Origin: Anaerolineales bacterium
GTDB taxonomy: Bacteria; Chloroflexota; Anaerolineae; Anaerolineales; UBA11579
Length of the DNA: 64,000 bases
Assembly (NCBI GenBank): GCA_019637675.1
Contig: JAHBVE010000002.1
Span: forward strand, 207,797-271,796
Direction: 5' to 3'
This document shows positions 11,570 to 20,028 of the stretch, one piece after another (the stretch's first letter is position 1; each line of letters begins with the position of its first letter). The notes under the pieces are model-generated. The model worked only from the letters and a program-made list of their open reading frames with translations, was not told the DNA's origin and did no database searches. The translations under genes were made by a program, and so were the position numbers.

Positions 11570-12712
11570 TTACCAGCCAATTCGTTTGCGGTTGATCGGG
11601 ATGCCGGGCGAGGCCAATCGTTGGGACAAAGCGTAGCCAGCATACGCTAACGCGCCACCAATTGCCATCACGATCAAACCCTGCAACATTAGTGGCCCAC
11701 TGACGAAATCGAGCGCTCCACCAGCAATCGCGCTTCCCAAGGCTGCTGCAGCACCGCCCTCTTGCAGGAATGGTCCGGCAAACAAAGCATCCACAAACTG
11801 TAATGAGAAAACTTCAAGCCCAAGGCCAAAGATAAAGGTTATAAGGCCAGCGAACAGAAGCGGGCCGCCGAACCATGCTAATGCTCGGCGCCAGTTTTGA
11901 GTTGCCAGCAGGGCGCCTAGCAAGCCGATCCCCACGACTGCCAGCCAGCCCCACAGCAGCACACGGCGTAGTTGCACCAGGCTATCCTTCAACTCGGCCA
12001 GCTCTTCAGGCGCCCCAGCCAACTGGCCCAACGCGCCCACATCCACTGTGGAGGGCGCCTGGCTCAGGCTCACTTCGAAAATGGCGTCGGCGTTATCGAT
12101 CAGGGCCGAATAGACCGGCTCCGGTGGACGGCAACCACTGATCTGGCCTAACAGAGTTTCAAACGACTGCAACGCTCCCAGCACCATGCTAGCCACCTGG
12201 CTGCCACTACATTCCGGTAGGGCATCCATCACAACCCCCAACACAGGCCCAGCATTCTCCTGCACATTGGTCTTCCAGCCGTCGAGTTCGACCTGAATTT
12301 CTGGCAAGGGAGCGTCGCCGTCCAGCCATTCGGTGTAGCCGTTGACCACATCATCTACCGTGTTTTCCACCAAGTGCGTCGGCATGGTAAGCGCGGTGAT
12401 CGTGCGCCAATCATCTTCCGATAACTCAGAAAGTGTATTGCGTACGAACGCGCCAGTCAGCGTGTCCTGCCCATCTTCGGACATAAACACTTGCCGGGTG
12501 AGCTGCTGCGCTAATGCTGAAGCCATCTGCCCGCTGAGCAAATGTTCTCTCACCATGGTTTTGGTTGCTTCCGCGTCAAATACGAGCGTGCTGAGCTCAC
12601 GAAAAGCCAAACTTACAGGAAGGAGCAAAACAAGGACTGCAAGGGCGATCAAGCCAAGGGGACGCAAGATGAATTGTCGCAAGAAACACTGCCTCCACCA
12701 GCAGGCGGCCAA
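11570..12712 (-). CDS. Hypothetical membrane protein (N-terminal TM, ~220-aa acidic extracytoplasmic domain, C-terminal TM bundle)
   Basis: 380-aa ORF with coding-like composition. It is the last gene of a five-gene minus-strand run. No motif recognised. Confidence 0.6.
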   Translation of the reverse strand: MAACWWRQCFLRQFILRPLGLIALAVLVLLLPVSLAFRELSTLVFDAEATKTMVREHLLSGQMASALAQQLTRQVFMSEDGQDTLTGAFVRNTLSELSEDDWRTITALTMPTHLVENTVDDVVNGYTEWLDGDAPLPEIQVELDGWKTNVQENAGPVLGVVMDALPECSGSQVASMVLGALQSFETLLGQISGCRPPEPVYSALIDNADAIFEVSLSQAPSTVDVGALGQLAGAPEELAELKDSLVQLRRVLLWGWLAVVGIGLLGALLATQNWRRALAWFGGPLLFAGLITFIFGLGLEVFSLQFVDALFAGPFLQEGGAAAALGSAIAGGALDFVSGPLMLQGLIVMAIGGALAYAGYALSQRLASPGIPINRKRIGW

Positions 12713-12726
12713 AGCCGCCTGCCAAT

Positions 12727-13611
12727 TCAGTTGATTCTATCGGGCTGTGCAGCCATCCACAAGCACAGCAAAATGAGCATTGCCCCAACTGCAAACTGGA
12801 GCGTCAGCGGATCACCTAGCAGGCTTATTCCAAGCCCGGCGCCGACGAGCGGTTGTGCAAAGAACGTGAGACCTGCCGTGCCAGCTGGCAGCACAGCGAA
12901 GGCTTTATTCCACAAATAGGCTGCCACCGCAGTAGACACCACACCCAGATAAAAGATGCCCACAAGAACACCTGGACCTATTGGGCCGATCGTCTGAGCA
13001 CGCAATTCAAAGGCAGCCGCGGGCATAGCTATTAGCAAGCCGCCGATGAAAGCGATCAGTGTAAAGACCAGCGAATCGAGCGCTTGGGTAACTTTGCGCA
13101 CCAAGACGGAATACAGAGCCCAAGTCACAGCCGCGCCCACTAGCAGCAAATTGCCAAGCCACAATTGCGAGTCAAAGCGAGCCTGAAACGGATCGATCAC
13201 AAGCAGTACACCGACAGTAGAGAGCAACAATGCCAGAACCTGGCGACGTCCGATGCGCTCACGCAATACAAGCCAGGCGAACAGGAACACAAACGCAGGT
13301 GTAGCCGCGGTGATGACCGCCCCGTTGGTTGCAGTCGAAAGATGCGTGCCTGCGAATTGGAAGCCAAGTGAAATGCCATAACCCAGCACGCCAACGGCCA
13401 GCAACTGTTCCCATTGGCGGCGGCTAAGCTGCAGCCTAGCCCGCCCTAAGCCTATCCAAAGAGCCAGGCTACCGATGCCCAGCAACAAGCGTAGGGTCAG
13501 CAAGGTGAACGGCGGCACGACCTCCAGCACCACTTTGCTGACCACATACATACCGCCCCAGATGGCGGCTGCCAGCAAACCGAACACAAGGCCAGTACGG
13601 CGGCTTGTCAT
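12727..13611 (-). CDS. DMT-superfamily transporter (EamA-like, 10 TM)
   Basis: 294 aa with two EamA-like halves (AAAIWGGMYVVSKVVL...; ...AVTWALYSVLVRKV...). Confidence 0.75.
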   Translation of the reverse strand: MTSRRTGLVFGLLAAAIWGGMYVVSKVVLEVVPPFTLLTLRLLLGIGSLALWIGLGRARLQLSRRQWEQLLAVGVLGYGISLGFQFAGTHLSTATNGAVITAATPAFVFLFAWLVLRERIGRRQVLALLLSTVGVLLVIDPFQARFDSQLWLGNLLLVGAAVTWALYSVLVRKVTQALDSLVFTLIAFIGGLLIAMPAAAFELRAQTIGPIGPGVLVGIFYLGVVSTAVAAYLWNKAFAVLPAGTAGLTFFAQPLVGAGLGISLLGDPLTLQFAVGAMLILLCLWMAAQPDRIN

Positions 13612-13620
13612 CCAGGCAGG

Positions 13621-15003
13621 TTACTTGCGCTTGAGCAGGAACAGGGTGCGCTCAGACTCGGCGATGCTGGCTTCAGCCTCAATGTGATAGCGCTGTCCAA
13701 AGGCGTGCCGGAAACCATCCAGCGTGTATTCGTCAAAGATGTCTTTGCGGGCAGCCAGCAGGCGGCGGGTCTGCGAGTCGCTCTTGGGCACAAACTCAAT
13801 GATCAGCCAGGGGGCCAGGCCGGCAAAGAACTCCGCAATGCGACCTAGCGCCAGATTGTTGCCAATGGCCAGGTGGTGGACCAGGGCCAGCGCCATCAGC
13901 GCGTCCGGGGTCCCGCGCTCGGCCAGAGTATGGCGTTCGCCATAAGCCCAGCCAGAGGCCGGGCTGGGGTTCACCAGGTCAATTTGCAAGGGCAGTAGGT
14001 TTTGCTCTTTGTTGGCTTTGGCCTGCAAGTAGTTCTGCTCGACGGCGGCAGGGTCATAATCCTGAGAGACAGTGAAGATGCCCTGGCGGCTGGCGATACG
14101 GCTGTACAAGCCGTTGTTAGCACCAAGATCCCACACCGTCTTGACGGTGATCTTCTTTAGATACTGCTCTACTAACTCCGCCTTATGACGCTCGGCGGCG
14201 TTGCTGTAGTTGGTTTCAGCGTAGTAGTTGCCCCAGGCGCTGCCGGCGGGCTTCCACTTGAGGCCTTGCACGGTACTGCGTAAATGGTCGATCAGGCCGA
14301 GCAAGGCCGTCTTGGTGAGGCCGGGTTTGCCACCGCCGGCTTGCGGCTGGGCGGCGCCGGCATAGCGGCGCTGCGCGCCAGCGTGCGCATGGATATGCAG
14401 CAGCAGACCGCTGTTGAGGCGCGTATGCCAGGGCAGCAGGCGGGACGCCAGGCTGAGGTCTACCCCATCCAACCAGTTGCGCAGCAACTGGTTGAGGCGC
14501 ACATCCACATGGGCCATCAGCGCCAACGGGGCCAGGAAGTGCTGGCAGAACTGGCGATAGGCCGTCCAGGGTTGGCCCTCAGGATAGATCTCAAATGAGA
14601 GGGTGTCCATCAGCACTGGGCGGCCGTTGTGGAACTGGATGTTGCTGTTATTGGCATCCTTCAGCCACATGCCATACTTCAAAGCACGTTTTTGCAGACT
14701 GAGGGTCAAGAGCGCAGCGTCTTTAAGCTGGCTGAAGCTCCACTCGTATGCGTATGAGATATAGGGAATGCGTTCTGGTTGCAGGACCTTGTAGGCCAAC
14801 TCTGGATCGGCCGGCGCAACCTTGACTTCCGTATGCGGGATCATCAGACTGCGCTCGGTGACCTCCGCATACAAGCCCGAACTGTGGAGCAGATCGTAAT
14901 CTGCCTGATAACGCTTGTTCACCTGGCGATAAAGCTGCCCATCCCGCGTAAAAACGAAACCGCTGGGGTCTCTAAAGACTTCAGTTAGTCTAGTTTCAGC
15001 CAT
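13621..15003 (-). CDS. Class I SAM-dependent methyltransferase with a large N-terminal domain (NoeA-like architecture)
   Basis: 460 aa. Motif I is VWDLGANNGLYS, with the acidic post-I residue in SQDYD, in the C-terminal ~190 aa. The N-terminal ~260 aa are unassigned. Confidence 0.65.
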   Translation of the reverse strand: MAETRLTEVFRDPSGFVFTRDGQLYRQVNKRYQADYDLLHSSGLYAEVTERSLMIPHTEVKVAPADPELAYKVLQPERIPYISYAYEWSFSQLKDAALLTLSLQKRALKYGMWLKDANNSNIQFHNGRPVLMDTLSFEIYPEGQPWTAYRQFCQHFLAPLALMAHVDVRLNQLLRNWLDGVDLSLASRLLPWHTRLNSGLLLHIHAHAGAQRRYAGAAQPQAGGGKPGLTKTALLGLIDHLRSTVQGLKWKPAGSAWGNYYAETNYSNAAERHKAELVEQYLKKITVKTVWDLGANNGLYSRIASRQGIFTVSQDYDPAAVEQNYLQAKANKEQNLLPLQIDLVNPSPASGWAYGERHTLAERGTPDALMALALVHHLAIGNNLALGRIAEFFAGLAPWLIIEFVPKSDSQTRRLLAARKDIFDEYTLDGFRHAFGQRYHIEAEASIAESERTLFLLKRK

Positions 15004-15012
15004 GCAAGGAGT

Positions 15013-15240
15013 TTATTCTTCGTTGTCAGGATCAGTGGCGTCTTCATCCTTATTGCGGCGGAAGACTTTGAACAGGCGACCAATAGAATGGCGGAAGGCA
15101 TAGCTGACTGCGGCCGCGCCTGCGATGATCAGCTGCAGAATCAACGAACCGGAGCCCGGGTCAAGATATTGGGGGTCTGATGCAGCCGGGATAAAGAGCA
15201 CACCGGCCAACAGCCACTTAGAAAGTTCTTCTTTCTTCAT
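15013..15240 (-). CDS. Small membrane protein (75 aa) with YLDPGSGS motif and an acidic tail
   Basis: Two hydrophobic segments (WLLAGVLFIPAA; LILQLIIAGAAAVSYAF). It sits 9 nt upstream of the methyltransferase, with AAGGAA upstream of the ATG. Confidence 0.5.
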   Translation of the reverse strand: MKKEELSKWLLAGVLFIPAASDPQYLDPGSGSLILQLIIAGAAAVSYAFRHSIGRLFKVFRRNKDEDATDPDNEE

Positions 15241-15292
15241 TTGAGTTGTTCCTTATAGAGAATTTGCTTCAAAAAGCAACTATAACATCTTA

Positions 15293-16132
15293 CTAGCTCA
15301 TCAATTCCGCATGCAAGGCCTGCAGCCCCAGGATCGCCTGCCCCAGGCGTGTGCCTGGCCAGGTAAGCAGGCTGCCGTCCAGCAGGCGAACATGTTGAAC
15401 AGCGAACTGGCCCCCTAGCCCATCGGCCAGATACTGTGCATCCGCCTCGGCGAAAGCATAAGGCTCGGAAGGCAGCAGCGCGGCCCGCGGCCCCGCCGCG
15501 GCGATCTCTGCCAGGGTGACGCGCGGATAGCGCGTATCCCGCCCGGTGGCGTGCTCCGGGCGCGTACCCGCTTGGCCCAGGTCAGCGGCCAGCGGATAAC
15601 GGCGTTCACGCTCGGCAAAGATGTTGGCAAAGCCACATAAGGCCAGCAGATCATGTGTAAAAGTATGACGGTTGAGCGTCATCCACCACTCCGGATTGCC
15701 GGCCTGGTACCACACCGGCACGAAAACGGGCACAGGCTGCGGCTGCTGGCGGCGGGCGGCAGCCACTTGCTCCACAAGCTGCTGCACGCAGGCAGCAGCC
15801 TGGGCGCCGCCAAACAGGGCGGCCATACTGCCCAGATCGGCCAGGGCGTGCTCGACTGTGCGTGGAAAGTGCATCACGACATTCAGGCCGGCCGCTCGCA
15901 GGCCCTCAACAGCCTGTTGCGTGTTTTCTTCCTGATTGGCAAAGACGACATCGGGTTGCAGCGCAATGATCTCGGACAGGCGCGGGTTCTTGGTGCCGCC
16001 GATGCGCGGCAGGCCGGCCAACGCCTCGGCGGGATGGATGCAGTAGTCGGTGATGCCCACCAAGGCCTCACCGACACCGAGGTCAAACAGGCTCTCGGTG
16101 ATCGATGGCACCAGAGAAACGACGCGGCGCAT
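15293..16132 (-). CDS. TroA/BtuF-like (helical-backbone) substrate-binding protein without a signal peptide
   Basis: 279 aa. It starts directly with RVVSLVPSITESLFDLGVGEALVGITDYC and has GGTKNPRLSEIIALQPDVVF, the class III SBP pattern. No N-terminal hydrophobic leader. Confidence 0.65.
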   Translation of the reverse strand: MRRVVSLVPSITESLFDLGVGEALVGITDYCIHPAEALAGLPRIGGTKNPRLSEIIALQPDVVFANQEENTQQAVEGLRAAGLNVVMHFPRTVEHALADLGSMAALFGGAQAAACVQQLVEQVAAARRQQPQPVPVFVPVWYQAGNPEWWMTLNRHTFTHDLLALCGFANIFAERERRYPLAADLGQAGTRPEHATGRDTRYPRVTLAEIAAAGPRAALLPSEPYAFAEADAQYLADGLGGQFAVQHVRLLDGSLLTWPGTRLGQAILGLQALHAELMS

Positions 16133-16253
16133 ACGTTCAAGTATACAAGCGTGGTTTATGGAACTTAGGTGTAACCGATTCCATAATTAGCTGGTACTAA
16201 TCTGCTTCTTAAGCAGCCTGCCTATACTGAGCAAAACCTGAGGAGGTAGTGCA

Positions 16254-16703
16254 ATGAACTCGCTTTCACGCAACATTGCTTTCGCCATACTCCTGCTCCT
16301 TCTGCTGAGCGCCTGCGGCAGCCCGGCGCCCGCTACCGAGGCGCCTGCTCAAGCCACTGAAACCGAACATGTTGACCACCCCACTCAAGCGCCTGCGCCA
16401 ACAGCGGCTCCTACCCAGGCGCCAGCTGACGAAGACGGCGGGACGACTGTGACCATCGCCAATTTCTCTTTTGGCCCCGGAACGCTGACCGTGAAGGCGG
16501 GCACTACCGTGACCTGGCGCAACAACGAAGACGCGCCCCACACGGTGACGGCTGACGACGGCAGCTTTGGCAGCAACACCCTGGGTCAAGGCGACACGTT
16601 CAGCTTCACCTTTGACACGCCCGGCACTTACGACTACTACTGCCAGTTCCACGGCGGCGCGGGCCATGCTGGTATGTCCGGCACGATCGTTGTGGAAGAC
16701 TAG
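16254..16703 (+). CDS. Cupredoxin (plastocyanin/amicyanin-like) lipoprotein
   Basis: Lipobox LLLSAC. Type-1 Cu ligand pattern: H in EDAPHTV plus C-x2-H-x7-M in YYCQFHGGAGHAGMSG. GAGGAGG SD present. Confidence 0.8.
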   Translation: MNSLSRNIAFAILLLLLLSACGSPAPATEAPAQATETEHVDHPTQAPAPTAAPTQAPADEDGGTTVTIANFSFGPGTLTVKAGTTVTWRNNEDAPHTVTADDGSFGSNTLGQGDTFSFTFDTPGTYDYYCQFHGGAGHAGMSGTIVVED

Positions 16704-16720
16704 GCTGACTGGATAACAAT

Positions 16721-16754
16721 AAAAGAAACGCCCGCAAAATTGCGGGCGTTTTTT
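16721..16754. terminator. Bidirectional rho-independent terminator (cupredoxin / ricT convergent)
   Basis: AAACGCCCGCA-AAAT-TGCGGGCGTTTTTT: a 10-bp stem. Confidence 0.8.
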
Positions 16755-16755
16755 G

Positions 16756-17718
16756 TTAGTCGTCGGTCTTGGCCTTATCGCCGTAGTTGGCTTTGCCGCA
16801 GTCGCAGCCGCCGTTCTCATGGCGGTCACACGGCGCTTCGCTCTTGCGGCGCAGCGCCTCCAGCTCATCCCACGGCTCGATCTCGTGCTTGAGGAACTCA
16901 GCGCGCTTGCCCTCGGGCAGCGCCACCAACACAGCTTGCTTGAGCGGCACCACATCCACCACTTTGCCACGGCCCAGCGGGGTCTGCACTTCCTTACCGC
17001 GCTTGGGCAGGGTCTTGCGGGCCTCGACATACTGCTCGTATTCGTAGATCAGGCAGCAGCGCAAGCGGCCGCACATGCCGGTGATCTCGCCCGGGTCGAG
17101 CGAGATGCCCTGCGCCTTGGCCATCTTAATGGAGATGGGGCTGAAGTCGGTCAGGAAAGTGGAGCAGCAGCGGCTTTCCAGACCGCAGGCGCCCATGCCG
17201 CCCAGGATCTTGGCGACGTCACGCGGGCCAACCCGGCGCATCTCGATGTTGGTGTTCTTGTAGAGCTTGAGCATCTCTTTACGCAGCTTGCCCAGGTCTA
17301 TATCTTTGTCTTCTTCCGTGTTGTAGAGGAAAGTCAGCATCTTGCGGTCAAAGCTGAACTCAGCTTTGACGATCTTGACACCGCGGTAATTCAGCTTAGA
17401 TGCGGCGGCACGCGCCTCGATCATGGCTTCAATTTCTTTTTTCTGAATGTTTTTGTGAACTTCCAGGTCGCCCTGAGAGGCCTTGCGCTCAATCGCCTTC
17501 CAGGTACCCTGCTGCGGGGGCGCGGGCGGCTCCTCCAGGCGTTGGACTACCTGGCCGATCTGTACGCCGCGGCTGGTCTCGACAATGGCGTAGTCGCCAG
17601 GCTTGAGCTCAGGCTCTTTGCTGGCGTCAAAATGGTACAACTTGCCGATCTTTTGAAAACGGATGCCGACGATCAGCGGGCTTTGCGCCTGCTCAGCCGG
17701 TTGTGGCGAATCAGTCAT
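16756..17718 (-). CDS. ricT: PSP1-domain protein (RicT/YaaT family) with a Cys-rich C-terminal extension
   Basis: ORF 16756..17757. Start set to ATG 17718 (MTDSPQP). The PSP1 core is present: IVGIRFQKIGKLYHFDA, GDYAIVETSRGVQIG, CGLESRCCSTFL, GMCGRLRCCLIYE. The tail contains CDRHENGGCDCG. Confidence 0.8.
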   Translation of the reverse strand: MTDSPQPAEQAQSPLIVGIRFQKIGKLYHFDASKEPELKPGDYAIVETSRGVQIGQVVQRLEEPPAPPQQGTWKAIERKASQGDLEVHKNIQKKEIEAMIEARAAASKLNYRGVKIVKAEFSFDRKMLTFLYNTEEDKDIDLGKLRKEMLKLYKNTNIEMRRVGPRDVAKILGGMGACGLESRCCSTFLTDFSPISIKMAKAQGISLDPGEITGMCGRLRCCLIYEYEQYVEARKTLPKRGKEVQTPLGRGKVVDVVPLKQAVLVALPEGKRAEFLKHEIEPWDELEALRRKSEAPCDRHENGGCDCGKANYGDKAKTDD

Positions 17719-17771
17719 GTTGTTATCGCTGTGGGTGCTTTCACATCCACAGCGCACCTTTCTGCTTTGAG

Positions 17772-17851
17772 CGAATAGTGAGCAGTGATTAGTGATCAGG
17801 AACCTATTTTGGCACAGTCCTGTTCACTGGTCCCTATTCACTGCTCATTCG
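17772..17851 (-). other. About 24-bp imperfect inverted repeat spanning the mrp stop codon, with three AGTGA repeats at 7-nt spacing
   Basis: Left arm is 17772-17800 (AGTGA at 17777, 17784, 17791). Right arm is 17819-17851 (TCACT at 17824, 17838). GAGCAGTGATTAG pairs with CTATTCACTGCTC at 12 of 13 positions. The loop is 18 nt and there is no U-run. Confidence 0.45.
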
Positions 17852-18927
17852 ATTTTAATCGAGAAAGCCTGGATTTGCGCAGCCAAAGCGGCAACCGAAG
17901 TGCGCAGGGCAATATCGGCAGCAATTTCGGTGAGGGCGCGGGCGGCAGGCGAGTCAGGGTGGCTGATGACGATGGGCTTGCCGCTGTCTCCGCCGGCCCG
18001 CACCTGCGGCTCCATAGGCACCGCTCCGATAAAGGGCACACCGAACTCATTAGCCAGCGCTTCGCCGCCACCTTTGCCGAAGACTTCCATACGCTTGCCG
18101 TCCGGCAATTCAAGGTAGCTCATGTTCTCCACGACGCCCATGAGCGGCACACGCAGCTGACGGAACATCTCGGCCCCGCGGCGGGCGTCGTCGGTGGAGA
18201 CTTGCTGCGGCAGCGTGACAATGACCCCGCCGCTGAGCGGCGTGGTCTGCGCCAGGCTGAGCTGCACATCACCGGTGCCAGGCGGCATATCGACGATGAG
18301 ATAATCCAGCTCGCCCCACTCCACATCATTGATGAACTGGCGGATGGCGTTGTGCAGCATGGGGCCGCGCCACACCATGGCCTGCTCGGGCTTGACCAGG
18401 AAGCCGATCGACATCATTTTGACGCCGTAGGCTTCGGCGGGCAGCAGGTGGCCGCTGGCGTCCGGCGGCGCCGGCAGGTGCTTGACGCCCATCATGGTGG
18501 GCACATTGGGGCCATAGACGTCTGAGTCGAGCAGGCCCACGCGGGCGCCGGCTTTGGCTAGCGCAGCAGCCACATTGACCGAGACCGTGCTTTTGCCCAC
18601 CCCGCCCTTGCCGGAGGCGATGGCTACTGTGTTCTTGACGCCGGCGGCCGAACCCGCCCGCGGGCGTCCGTCACCAGGTACTTGCAGGGCAAATTGCAGG
18701 TCGATCTTCTTGGCGCCAGCTTTCTCGAGCGCCTTGCGCACATCTTTCTCAATCTCAGCCAGGAAGGGATGATGGGGGCTGACCAACCCAAGTGTCAGGG
18801 AAACGCTATCACCCTTGACGTCAAGTTTCTGCACCGCATTCAGCAGGACAAAGTCTTTTTGAACAGCGGGCTCTTTAACTTTAGCAAGCGCGGCGAGGAC
18901 AGTTTCGTTGGTGATCTCTTTGGACAT
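17845..18927 (-). CDS. mrp: Mrp/NBP35 (ApbC) family Fe-S cluster carrier ATPase with an N-terminal DUF59-like domain
   Basis: 360 aa. Deviant Walker A IASGKGGVGKST, plus DYLIVDMPPGTGD. Confidence 0.88.
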   Translation of the reverse strand: MSKEITNETVLAALAKVKEPAVQKDFVLLNAVQKLDVKGDSVSLTLGLVSPHHPFLAEIEKDVRKALEKAGAKKIDLQFALQVPGDGRPRAGSAAGVKNTVAIASGKGGVGKSTVSVNVAAALAKAGARVGLLDSDVYGPNVPTMMGVKHLPAPPDASGHLLPAEAYGVKMMSIGFLVKPEQAMVWRGPMLHNAIRQFINDVEWGELDYLIVDMPPGTGDVQLSLAQTTPLSGGVIVTLPQQVSTDDARRGAEMFRQLRVPLMGVVENMSYLELPDGKRMEVFGKGGGEALANEFGVPFIGAVPMEPQVRAGGDSGKPIVISHPDSPAARALTEIAADIALRTSVAALAAQIQAFSIKIE

Positions 18928-18957
18928 ATTATGAATTCTAACTCGGTGAGGCTAATC

Positions 18958-19272
18958 CTACTCAGCAGCTTCTTCTAGATCCTTGGCCGCCTTATCGATC
19001 TGTTTGAGCAGCGCCTTCTCACCGCCACGGAAGCGGCGCACATTGTCTTGCGAGCACTCTGTGCAGCCTTTCATGGCGCGGAACGAGTCAGCGTTGCAGT
19101 TATGGCAGCCGTTGACCCGCGCCATAGCCAACACGAACACCACCGCATCCTGGCCATCCGGCCCGGCTTTGTGAGCTTTCTCGGCAGCAGCATGCCACGC
19201 CGCCCCGTGCAGATCACGGATGGCGGGGGTCACGCGTAGCGGATAGAGCAGCTCAGTATCTTCGTTGTACAT
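18958..19272 (-). CDS. Hypothetical small Cys-rich protein (CHNC ... CTEC)
   Basis: 104 aa, between nuoI and mrp on the same strand. Two CxxC pairs (GCHNCNADSFRAMKGCTECS). No family recognised. Confidence 0.5.
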   Translation of the reverse strand: MYNEDTELLYPLRVTPAIRDLHGAAWHAAAEKAHKAGPDGQDAVVFVLAMARVNGCHNCNADSFRAMKGCTECSQDNVRRFRGGEKALLKQIDKAAKDLEEAAE

Positions 19273-19285
19273 CGTGCCTTTTACA

Positions 19286-19312
19286 ACGAAGCGAGGCTAT
19301 GCCTCGCTTCGT
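19286..19312 (-). other. Strong intercistronic hairpin between nuoI and the Cys-rich ORF
   Basis: ACGAAGCGAGGC-TAT-GCCTCGCTTCGT: a 12-bp perfect stem. No U-run on the minus strand, so it is more likely an mRNA processing or stability element than a terminator. Confidence 0.5.
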
Positions 19313-19335
19313 GTCTTTCAGTAGTGATTTTCTAC

Positions 19336-20007
19336 TTACTGCGCCGGCGTGCTGCCTGCGGCAGCGCCATCGGCTGGCTTGGCAGCGGCCGCAGCGGCTT
19401 TAGCCGCAGCGGCGGCAGCCTTCTTGGCGGCTTCCTCAGCCTTCAGGGTCTCCTCACGGTTGTAGTTCGTGGGACGAATGCCGGCGTAGTAGCTGGCAGG
19501 CTTGGAGAGCTTCTCTTTGTTGAAGATGTGCTCAGCATGGCGGTCGAACGAGGCCATCTCATAGTCATGGTCCATCTTGATGGCATCGAACGGGCAGTAT
19601 TCCGCACAATAACCACAGTTCATGCAGATATCCACATCGATGAAGAAATCCACCGGCTCAGGCACGGGGCGCTTGGTCACAGGGTCTTCCGTGCGCACGA
19701 TCCAAATGCACTGCGGCGGGCAAACTTTGGCGCAGATACCGCAGGAGGTACAGCGGTCATGCTTGTTGCCTTCCTCGTCTACATCGTAGACGAGGAAAGG
19801 TACAAAGCGAAACTCCTCTGGCACCGGCAGCTTCTCTTCCGGGTATTGCACGGTGAAGATGCCTTTGGTGTCCTTACTGCGGCGGTGCTGGATGCCCTCT
19901 TTCGAGTAATAGCGGTTGCGGCCCAGCCACTTAATGTCTTCGACATACGAGTCGATGAAGTGGGTCAGGGTCACCCACATGCCTTTGAGAATACCGAGTC
20001 CGTACAT
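19336..20007 (-). CDS. nuoI: NADH-quinone oxidoreductase subunit I (2x[4Fe-4S]) with an Ala/Lys-rich C-terminal tail
   Basis: CTSCGICAKVCP and CMNCGYCAEYCP. GGAGAT SD. The tail reads EEAAKKAAAAAAKAAAAAAKPADGAAAGSTPAQ. Confidence 0.9.
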   Translation of the reverse strand: MYGLGILKGMWVTLTHFIDSYVEDIKWLGRNRYYSKEGIQHRRSKDTKGIFTVQYPEEKLPVPEEFRFVPFLVYDVDEEGNKHDRCTSCGICAKVCPPQCIWIVRTEDPVTKRPVPEPVDFFIDVDICMNCGYCAEYCPFDAIKMDHDYEMASFDRHAEHIFNKEKLSKPASYYAGIRPTNYNREETLKAEEAAKKAAAAAAKAAAAAAKPADGAAAGSTPAQ

Positions 20008-20028
20008 AGTCTTTATCTCCAGCCTGCC

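Noticed and set aside
16266-17778. Long ORFs 16266..17030 (minus) and 16753..17778 (plus), overlapping the cupredoxin and ricT genes
   Set aside because: They are antisense shadows of well-supported genes, with Arg/Ala-rich composition and no motifs.
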